Of a stretch of 64,000 nucleotides of DNA, positions 11,430 through 23,400 are shown in pieces. Location of the stretch: contig NW_002060973.1 of assembly GCF_000150275.1 (NCBI RefSeq), positions 390,952 to 454,951 of the forward strand, read 5' to 3'. Made by a program: the position numbers and the translations under genes. The stretch's first letter is position 1; the number at the start of each line of letters is the position of its first letter. This DNA is from Trichoplax adhaerens (lineage: Eukaryota > Animalia > Placozoa). The notes beneath the pieces were generated by a model. The model had not been told where the DNA came from. It worked only from the letters and a program-made list of their open reading frames with translations, and searched no databases.

Positions 11430-14400
11430 ATGAAACTCTTCGTCATCTTATTTTGGTCAAATGTTTTCTTTGACTCCATACTACTGGTGTCAGGTAGGAA
11501 TGTATTCTATTGGAATCAAATCTAATGTTCACAGCTAAAAATCTACAGTATGTCAGGAACATACTATAATTATAAGTAGCGAGGGATGCTATGGGAAAGC
11601 TTAATAAAATAGTAAATCTGATAAGAAATCTTAATCTTTACACCATTCCACGAGTAAAATTTGTCGCTCCTACTTAAAGGTGATAAGGTAGTGAATTGGT
11701 GAGATTTTCTTTATTTTTGATATCAATTCAAGTAAATCCAATAGTTTATTATTTTTAAAACAGCCTTGCAAAAGGAAAGCGTAATTTACGATCTAAAAGT
11801 TGAGCCCCTAAACCATGTACCAAATGCCTAATATCAGTATTATCGAGAAAAACATTTCTTCTGCTAATTCATGACATAAAAACTTGAACGTCTTGTATTT
11901 TACGTTAAAAGTTTGAGAAGTTTCCTTATTTTACGGTATACTACATTTTTATTCACTTAGCCACAATTATTAGTCGTGTGCTATTGTTATTATAATGTTT
12001 ATGGTTTTCTAATAAAATCAGATAGTGCATTAATATTAACTTTCTAACCAAAGACAGCAATATTTACAGATATATGAGCAGATATTCTATAACTATTACA
12101 AGATGACAGGATAAGGAAATATCCTTTTGCAGAGTATTCTTGTCATAATATACAATTTAAAATAATGCAGTTACAATTATCGTATTCCTATAAACAAATA
12201 ATTTTGACTGCTATATTCGTATATTTATCAATTCATTTCCACTGTATAATAATAAATCGAGGATACTAGTCCTACGCTCCGTCACGATGCTGACAGATCA
12301 TGCGCTCAAAACTGTTGTGCAACAGCGTAGCTCTATGTACTCCTACAATCTGTCGTGCTGCTAATGGAACATAGGGCCACAAGATCATACTCATAACTTT
12401 AAATAACAGTTGATAGATAATTATAATAGCAGGGTCAAATGTGAACTTGATACAATAGCATTATTTAAAATAACATAGTGTGCCTTCTATATAACTAATT
12501 TATTCAACGAAAAATACACTATACCATCGACCAGGACAATCAATTTTATTAACATTCTTGATTCAGTACGGGTATTAAGATTCCATCATCTCATTACTTT
12601 TACGATGCAAAATATCTACTAGTATAGGTCACAAATATATAGGATACACGTGTACGTATATGTTACAGGGTCATACACAGTATTATTGAGATTAGAATAA
12701 AAATATCTACGTGATTGTAACTTACTTATTATAGATTGTAGATTATCGTGGAAATATTCCGTGATAGGACATATTGTAATCTGATTATTTTGTATTAGTA
12801 ATTAGATGCCTATGTTCGGGAATACTGTTGCCTTCTTTAGGTAGTAGTAGGTAAAATTAGTTTTGGATTCATTGGAAGTCTTCGAAATTAAGACTACACT
12901 AGTACAAATTCACGTCGCATTGCTGACGGTTTACGATAATGTACCCATTTGTTAATAATTAACTGATAGTATTACCATTCGACATTATATATAACCCGGT
13001 AATAGCCAGGCACTGCTATATTTACAGATATGCTTCTAGAATACTACTTTTCAATAATGCATTCTCGGATGAAATGCTATATAAAGATTAGTTAATGGTC
13101 CAAAGCACATTATGATAACTAATGTACGGCGATAGACATACCAAGTTAAGATTAGCAGGTGCTGTAAGATATCTACAGTTCGGTACCATGTCCTTAGTAC
13201 TGTGGTCAACTCTATACCAATCATTATAATGTGTCTAAGGATAGCTTGAGTACGCAAGCAAAGCGTGCTCTGTCGATAACAACCTGTTATGTTCTTCAAT
13301 AATAAGTTCACTCCGTGAGTAAGATTGATATCCGCATTTTATTATTAGTTGATCGGTATTTATAGCTACACGAGGTTACACCACTTTATTTATGCCTTTA
13401 TGGTTAAGATATGGTATTTAATCTATTACTACCTATATATACAACACAACCGTTATAAGAAAATGTAACTCTATAAAGATTCTATGTTTATTCAATTTTC
13501 ATCAGAGTATTAAATCAGATCAAAATTCAAAGGCCCAGTGGCCACCCTTAGCGACATAACGAATAATATTTTAAAAATCAGTACTCTGCAGAAATTACTA
13601 GCTTAGAGCTATTCGTTTTACATGAAGAAATCTTGAGGTAAAAAGTACTGTAAGAATCTTATACTGACCTATTGAAATGAACCCATAATCAAAGTCATCT
13701 AACAGTAGTATAAATACCCCGCGTTGCTCGGGTGGGTGGGATTAACTATGATGCCTGAAATATTGTAGGAGAGTACGTATATAAATGCAGTTTACAGTGT
13801 AGTAAAGTTAGTTCTTAACCCTTAAGATTAGCGTTTGACTTAATTTGTAACTTAAATTAGTATTAGGATTGTAGACTATTAGCTATGTTTAGTATGATGT
13901 ATGGTAGCATGATTTCTATACAGTATTTAGTAGCTTATGACTATAGACTGTAGTGGGAGATGTTATGCTACTGTACAGATGACTATATATAGTAGGATGC
14001 CAAGTTACTATTGGGGTTGAAGGTAAAAATAAAGCTATAAATTATACATTAAGATATACAGTAGTTATTTCATCGTATCCTGACTGGTAGAAATTATGTC
14101 TCGTGAGTGCTTTTGTAGTTACTATATTGGATTAACGATGGTCCGCTGTAGAACGTTGTTACTAGTAGTAATCTGAAGATGTGTAAAATATGGTAGAATG
14201 TTGCTATACCAATTTTAGTTGCCAATGCTATGAAGAGCACGTATATAAGCTGGCAACTAAGATTATTCTAGTTGTTCTTTCCAGAAGTATTTAGTAGTTG
14301 CATTCGGCTAGAGTAGAGCAGTGTATATACATTATCTTTTCGTAAGATCTAATAAAGTTCCAATTTTCTACAAATTTTGGATTTTCACGATCGGTTATGT

Positions 14401-17400
14401 CTCAGTAATATACGAGGCTTCTAAACTTTATCTTGCCTGCTAGTAAAGGGAAAGTTTTCCTGATAGAGTAGATATTATTCACTGATACGTGGTTTAGGAA
14501 ATCTACACACTGATTATACACATTACATTATCTTGTTGCAAAGCTGTTTCGTAACATTATATGCAGCGCAATGATGACAAATTTATTATATTATAAATTA
14601 CATTATAATAATCGCAATATTTGATACAATTTAAGCTGTAGTAATGATAATTTAAGTTGCAGATCTATCTTTTAAAAATAAGCATTGATTTATATTATAC
14701 CGACAGATCTGTTATTGTTAAGATTAATTTAATTCCTTGAGACCATAAAACTTTCTCGTAGATAGCCTTGCGTGTGACCTGATGCTTTCCGTTGTTTCGT
14801 GCGTATTAGCTATAATCACTAGCTAGCAATGAAGAGAATTTTTTGCTCAATAAATGGTTTCGAATAGTTTGAAATGCCTGCACGACTTATGATAACGTAT
14901 AGCTGAACATGAGTGAAGATCGTCAGTTGACAGATATAATAGTGCGCAAAAAATATGAAGTAACTCTGATTTTAGGGGTTTAAACCTGACTAAACCTGAA
15001 TTAAGTAGAATGAAAACTTTGATTCACAACGAAGATCATGCCGTATATAAAGCGTTATATGCAAAAATATAGCTAAAACATTTTGGAAGTTTTAACTTTT
15101 CTTGCTGTATCTCATAATTATAATAGCTTTACAATGTCCTCAAACTTGCCAATGCTCAAGTATTTCTACAATGCAATGTCAAAATCCCCTAATGAGCACT
15201 TTTCCTGTGTTTGAGGCAAATGTGGTCAACATAACAAAATTGTACGTATAATGCCAATAATTCTTCTGCATAAAGCTTAATAATCGATATAGATATTTAA
15301 CATTGGTCGGAATTTTGTATCAAAGTTTACTTTATATAAAATCATGTCATTGCAATAAATATTGTAATTATATTTCAAAGTATACAATTTAATTTTCATT
15401 ATTATTCCTATAAATACGGCCATCAAACTCTGGAAATAGATATATTTTCGGTACAGGCATCCGACATATATACAAAAACAATTTGTTCCATTATTTAAAA
15501 CTGACATCACTGTAAGTCAAAAATGTTGTACTATCTGTTATAAAAATCAAATTAGCATACTGCTTAAGATATGTGCAACATACCGGTAATAATTAAATTT
15601 AATAAGTTATAGATTAAAGACAAAGGATATACTCTACTAAATCTCTGAAGCAACATTTACTGCTTGACTTAGATATTTATATAATAACAAGATAGCAAGT
15701 ATTGAAGATGGAGCGTTTTCAAATTTAAATATATTACGAACATTGTAAGTAACTCTTTGACTAAACCAGGAATCAGCTATAATAAAAGTTATTTTTTTTA
15801 TAAAAAATAAATCACATTTTAATTATAGTGATGCATCCGTGGAGTTTATTGCTGTTTTGAATTTACAGATTGTATATTTACATAATTATTTTAATTAATT
15901 TGAAATTGATTAACGCTGTAGGTCTTTGTTTGGGAATCAACTGATGGTTTTAAATTCTTCTAAAACATTTACGGGCTTGACAAATTTGAAATATTTGTAA
16001 GTTAGATAGAAGTGAACTTAAATATAGAACCAATTCGTTTGTCAAACCATTATGGAAGTATCTGAATCGAATAAGAATCACTAGCTTACTTTTTACTAGC
16101 AATTTTAATTCTAATTAAAGGTTTTCTTTCTGCTTCGGATATTTACAAAGATTATTAAATTTTATAATTGGAGCGTAAAATAAAATATTCTTCTATTACA
16201 TATTATCTTTAAAATAAGAGATTTGTATCAGAAGCACCGCATTCATAGCTGATACTACTACTACTTAGATCATTATGGGATCTAGAATTGGCTTATTCGG
16301 TACCACTTATAAATGTTTACATCGTAATTTAGAATTAATTTAATTTCCATAGATATTTGCGAAGTAATAAAATACAAATCATCGAAGGCGACATATTCGC
16401 AAGCTTGAATAATTTACAAAAGTTGTAAGTTTTGGTGATATTAAATAAAGATATGGTGAGAATGAATATTTATTGTAAGGAAATGCAGCGAGTTTATACC
16501 GTTATGCCCTATATACAACTAGTAATAGAAGATGATATGGTATTTATATATGCTAATAGAATTATGAGTTAAAATAAAATGTAGATTATATAAATTTCAT
16601 TTGATTAATTATAAAATGGAGTCTGTATTGTATTTCATTATATTACTTAATGCAAATAGTACCTTCCTTGACTAATTTACGCTGATTAGACATGTAGTTG
16701 TTTAGAAAAGTTATATATAGTTAGCGTTATTGATTAATGACATCAACTATCGTATGGACTATAATTAGTTGTTTTATTAAGATAAATGTATCTACTAGTT
16801 CGATGCCACAGGCGGGATTAGTTGACATAGACACGAAGGAATACTAAATTAGAATAATGTAAAAGTATACAAGCACACGGTATATTCGTATTTATCGATT
16901 TTATGAAGCCTAAATTAAGACTTGTGTCAACCGTAATTGCATTACAAGAAATCTTACTATGCAAACTTTCTCTACCTGTATTTTATAACTACTGTATAAC
17001 ACTAACAGTAACCGTTATATAGGGCGTTTCTACTCAAATAACTTCATTAAATTTAGTAGTCAATTCCGTAATCGTCTATCATAGCAAAGTCTACAGTACA
17101 CAAACGCAGTAATGGGAGATACGTAAAAAAGATAATCAATATATTTTTCTCTCTCTCTTTTTGGCTATTTACCATATGTTGGTATGCTTTCAAAAATTTA
17201 CAAATAGACTACAGTAACATTTAATTATCACAAGAACTTAACGTAAAATATCCATTATCGCTAAATTTTAATGCTAAATATCAATTATTGCAATATCTTA
17301 GTACAAGATATCCTTTAATTATTACTATAACTTTTGTCACAATGTGAAAATTGGACTCGAATTAGATTAGTATCTGGAGATCTAAGTTCGTAAAATTTTA

Positions 17401-20400
17401 ACTTTATTTCTAAAAGTGATCCTCATTATATACATCACTGACTACACATAAACAAATCATTATCGATAATATCAGTCTTAACTTAGAAATAAAGAGGTTG
17501 ATAAACACAAAAACATATGCTCTTAGATAAATCTAATTCAGCATCACCTCTCATCTAAACCAACTATTCACACCATTGATATTACACTTTTCGTTACAAA
17601 AAACTAGTGAACACTTTATACTAAATTTAGGGTTTTAATCAAACAAACTGGCTATATACTTGTATGTAAGCTTTCTAAACATCTACATGTCTAACTATAA
17701 TAATCTAACCTAAGAAAGCCCTGTTTACGATACGTAATTTTACAAAATACGAATAATTTAATGCAAAATATTAATTGGCATATGTCACAAACCAACTTCG
17801 TGACAAAGATAACTTAAAAAAAAATCTCTAAATTACTATAGTCTCTGGGATTCAGCATCCCTTAACTACCTCACAAGAATTTAGACGCCTTTGCTTCTAC
17901 GTTAAAACAACTATATAACTCTTCTTTTATTCAACTATCTGCCGAGCTTAAACACCCTTCGGCAGCAGCTATCATGTATGAGTCACAACAGTTCATGAAA
18001 TTTAGCTCATATTGGATAGCCAAATTAATACAGACATTATTCATAATTTAGACATGTACTGAATGATTCTAGATAATTAGACTACAGTATGTCCACACGC
18101 AGAATTATTTATAGTATCATCTATAATTGAATATCTTCAGGATATTCATCACAAGCGTTACAAGACATAACACTGTAATCAATTAATATTAGTTACCTTA
18201 TGAGAACTCTTACTATAGTACAGCATAATTTACTATAATAAAATAATAATTACTGTAGTTCTTACTGTAACTCATTATTAGTTATCGACATATATAAATA
18301 TGAAACACCGCATTTAGTCATTTACTCTTCACTGTGGTTCATACAGTGACAGCATAATATTTTAATGTAAGACATCCATTATCACCGTACTTTAACATAA
18401 TCCAATTCTATTTTCTCGCCTTTAGTATTATGATATTATGACAGCGGAATATGCATTAGATTATGAGAAACTCTTTGAGAAATAAAGCCAGCTAGAAGAA
18501 TTAGCACTGCAGAGATTTTTTAAGTTTCCTAATTTGAAATAATTATTTATGACAACTCTGCATCAATTTAAGAAATTATAACTTTACTAATTTATATGAA
18601 AGCCCATATCCTCTACTGCTTGATTATTTCGATAATCTATTTAGATTATTTATTATTCACAATTGGTGCAGGTATTTGAATGAAAATATGTTGAAGTCTT
18701 TAAGTTCTCCCAGAATCTTTTATGGGCTAAAAAGCTTGAAGAATTTGTAAGTAAGATATTCATCAAATGAACAAGATCGTGAAGACTCAATTAATCTCAT
18801 CTGAATAAATTTAACACAAAACATGGCTATAACTGAATGGCTATTCTAAATATTCGCTAATTATTTCATTTGCTTTAACATATTATTTATTTCGAGATAT
18901 AATATCAAAGGGCGAATACTTTATCGATAATAATCAGTAGTAATTAAAATGGAGAATTTAAGAAATTGATAACTTTAATAGTGCTGCTAACTCCAATCCC
19001 TTTACAATCTAAAATCTTAATAGATTTTAGATTAGAATACCGCAGATTGAAGGTATTATCTTCATTCAATCAGATATTTGCATAAAAATTACATCGAAAA
19101 AATTGAAAATGGAACATTTGCAAGCTTGCAAAGCCTATCGAAACTGTAAGTCTTTATAAAGGGCACATTGACTACTGATATTTTATCAGCTCAATTTACG
19201 GATATGACATCAGATATGTTGTAACAGGCATCGATTTATAGATACTGGCATAATGAGTTGAGTATATAATTTCAACTCTGTAATTGTCATTACCAACTAA
19301 TCAAAATTAGTGCATACCACAATGTCACTAGGCAATTTACTATACTGGAGTATATCTTCTATGGTAAACTTCCTAATCGATTGATATTCGTAGTCAATAC
19401 ATTAAGTCTTCAGCTTGAAACAAAATCACAAATCTAATCTATTAACCATATCAGCAAGCATTTAAATAGATATTTTAAGCGTATAGCAGGTTTGACTACT
19501 CATAATCTCGTAGGGCTGCAATATAACAATTTTTAGGTGATATTTAACTCAAGTATTCCCTTCAGGACTTCTGTGGACTCTAGTATAGTCCTGTTAAATA
19601 AACAATTAATATGTGAAATATCCTAGATTACCCGTACTTTCTATCTAATACATTTAGCATTAGACTTTTAATCTAGAACATTTAAAATTTATGTCTAAGT
19701 TTACCAATCAGGTTCATAATACTTCAGAAAATAAGAATAATATCTGCTTTTAAATTATTCGATTTGACTTATTTCTAAGGCTGTACTTAAAATGCATTTT
19801 CAAATCTTATGAAAGTAATGGCTTGCAAAGTTCTAGACTTCAATATCAGATTTGTAATAAACAGTTCACGCAGTAGATAGAATAAAATCTTGCTAATCAG
19901 TAATTTGATGCTCATTCTTGAAGATGTATATAGATTATGTCAAATGTAATCGTCGTAGGTAATCGAATAAATTAAAGTAAAGTGTATTGAAATTGTACTG
20001 TACATAAAATATGGTATTGTATAAACACTACAAAGGTCTACCTTTATTTATTTAGGTATCTATACGAAAATAAAATAGAAAAGATTGCAGATGGAACTTT
20101 TACGCAACTGTCTAAACTGTATCAAATGTAAATATTGAATTCTAGAAATCGCGGATATAAATTTAGACCGTATCTATTTCATCATCTTAACTTTAGAATC
20201 TCTATTGACTTTTACATTGTCTTGTGTCAACAACTATTATAGATCGTTACACAAAAATTCGTTAACCTCATTAAGTCCTGGAATGTTTCAAGGGTTACAA
20301 AATTTGCGTTACTTGTAAGCTACTATATATAGATAGATAGATACTAGCTAATTGATAGTTCTTGGGCAAGTCATTTTACATATAACTGTTAATCTTAATG

Positions 20401-23400
20401 TTATCAATAACAATAATATTTTAGTTATTAGTTCTATATAAGATTTAATCCACTCATCTATGAGAAAACGTGTTTAGGCTTAATTATTATTAATTTAATA
20501 ACCAACTACCTACGTCTAAACTACTTGTTAAAATAACGCTACGGATCTAAGTTATCCTTTATCAGCGTTCAATCACTTTTCATAATAATACGCACAGTAT
20601 ATAGTTTTAATGTGATGCTTATCCTTCAATATGCAATATGGATTTAATTTAATTAATCGTTTAACTCATCGAACAAATTAAAGTAAAGTGTATTGAAATT
20701 GTACTGTACATAAAATATGATATTGTATAAACACTACAAAGGTCTACCTTTATTTATTTAGGTATCTATACGAAAATAAAATAGAAAAGATTGCAGATGG
20801 AACTTTTACGCAACTGTCTAAACTGTATCAAATGTAAATATTGAATTCTAGAAATCGCGGATATAAATTTAGACCGTATCTATTTCATCATCTTAACTTT
20901 AGAATCTCTATTGATTTTTACATTGTCTTGTGTCAACGACTATTACAGATCGTTACACAAAAATTCGTTAACCTCATTAAGTCCTGGAATGTTTCAAGGG
21001 TTACAAAATTTGCGTTACTTGTAAGCTACTATATAGATAAATAGATACTAGCTAATTGAGAGTTCTTGGGCAAGTCATTTTACATATAACTGTTAATCTT
21101 AATATCGTCAATAATTAATAGAAATGTTTATGAGAAAACGTGTTTTTAAGTTTAATGGTTTCTATTTTAATAACTAAGTACCTACATCTAAATTACTCAT
21201 TACAATTGCATTACTTGTAAGCTTCACGTGCGTATAAGAATAGAATTAGATAAGAAATGATCTTCAAATCTATTAATTACTGAACATAACCAAAAATGAA
21301 TTAGAAAATATTTGTGCTGTAATTACTGCCACCTGTGATATTTATATGGTCTTTTGAAAACTACCAAATTAGTTAATAAGTCTAAGCTGCTGAATTTTAA
21401 TTTCATGAATTTTAAAATATTAAAACTTTGATAAATAAATGTATCTCACTTTACAGATATAAACAGCTCGAGTGGATTGAATCTGTAGATAACTATTTTT
21501 GGGTGACTTATGAATTTTTATCTTTCATTCAGATACTTAGGCCAAAATAAGATAGAAAAGATAGCAGACAGAACTTTCGCTAAACTCTACCATTTATACC
21601 ACCTGTAAGTTATCATGTTATTTGATATTCAGTCTCAGTTATAAATTTGATGACTTTAAAGTAAATTGAAATCCCTTTGTGAATATATCTAGCGACTTGA
21701 AGTGCAAATTTCAGAACGGATATTCGCTTTTTGATTTATGTTATCTAAATGATTAAATATAATATTTCTATTCATATACTCGTGTAATATAGAAATTTAG
21801 AACAAAACTTGTTAACTGACTTAAATTCTCAGCAAATGTTCGATGGATTGTCATTTTTAAAGTATCTGTAAGTTAAATGCCTTAGGACTAGAAAATTTAC
21901 CAATTAGAATCTAATCAAGCAGTCGATGTTAACCTAGTTTATAAAATTTCATAATTTGTTTTTATTTTGACTTCTAAATAATATCAGCAACAATGCTGCT
22001 TTGATTTATATATTCTTTGCAATAAAATAATTGTGATAGGTTAGCGCGAGATAACAGAAGTAAAATTAACTCTATTCTTTCAGTTTGGTTTATTTGTCCA
22101 GGAACACTTTCATATCTACAGTTTAAAATATTGCTATTGCATTAAGGAGAAATATTAATGAAATTTAAGCACTTAATAAATGGCGATGCGATATATATTT
22201 ACTAATCAAACGTTAATCTTATAATTTTAGTTACATGAGCGAAAATAAAATAAAAAGCATTAAAGACGGACTTTTTTCAAGCTTTAAAGGGCTCAACTTA
22301 CTGTACGTATAAAATAAAACGGCTTTAAATCATTTTAGTGATACAAAATTGCCAATATTTTAACTTGGAACTTATTCTCCATTTTCCTCTGATGATGTAC
22401 GATACAGATGCTTGAAAGGAAATTTGATACAAACTTTCACGTCTCCAGGCGTATTTCAAGGATTGACGAACTTGACAGATTTGTAAGTTATATTTAGATG
22501 TATGTCATCGACACAAAGCAGCTTGGCGACAAGATTTACGTAAAAACAATTTTAATTTCTATAGTTTTCGGGAAGCAGTATCCTTTAATTAATCACAAGA
22601 ACTGAGACACCTTTACTTATGCGTTACAAAACTATAGAATTAATTTTATTCAATGACCTGTCGAAAGTTTAAATACCTTTTGGTAGTAGCTAACTTTGAT
22701 GAATCGTCTCACAACAGTATTTATCGATAAGTACATTTACTGTCTGATTTTACCTAATCAGACAACAGTATATCCACTCTCGGAGTCTTTCAATACACCT
22801 ATAATCTACCCTTAGTTAGAATTTCGATTAGAACAGCTTGTAATTTCTTCCAGTACTACATAAGAATTACATAATAATACAATATATAATTTATTGTAAC
22901 GCATTATAACTTCAGTAACTTTTACTGTGAGCAACTAAATGTAATCATAATATATGAATGTTATTAATTCAGTAAATTTAGCCATTTAATTCTTCACGAT
23001 AGTTTGTACAGCTACTGCCAATAAGTGTATATATTTGTTATATTAGTCGTACTCTATTTACATCTAAATGTTGATTTTTTTAAATGCAAAATGCATACTT
23101 ACAAATATAAAAGTGATATTATTTGAAGAGAAGTGTTGTATGTTAAGGTGTAATATTCAGTGATTGTTAATGCTTGATAACAGTTTCCGCTCAAATAAAT
23201 GATAGCATTCAGCTAAACTTTCAATGTTTTTTTCGTAAGAAAAATGTGCTGACTTTCAAGAAATATAGAAAATCGTTATACCCACTATGACATATTTTAT
23301 TTCTAATCATATTCTGATCTGGTTAAAATCTAAAAAAGTTACAATTGAAATTTGTGTAGCAATATGACAGTGTTAAATACTGTATTAGAGTAGCAATATC

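Larger units (their letters stand above)
12661..14556 (+). mobile_element. Solo-LTR-like element, family B, interrupted by a Helitron and a family A copy
   Basis: TGTTAC...GTAACA termini and TSD gtata/ttata. Family B sequence resumes on both sides of the two nested inserts. Confidence 0.72.

Noticed and set aside
15293-15365. Possible extra LRR exon between exons 2 and 3
   Set aside because: No frame fits the LRR consensus with proper donor and acceptor in both gene 2 and gene 3.
20841-21044. ORFs 20841-21044, 34618-34842, 54977-55165, 36588-36779 and 56476-56697 as standalone genes
   Set aside because: They merely overlap LRR micro-exons (in frame, out of frame or antisense) plus intron sequence.
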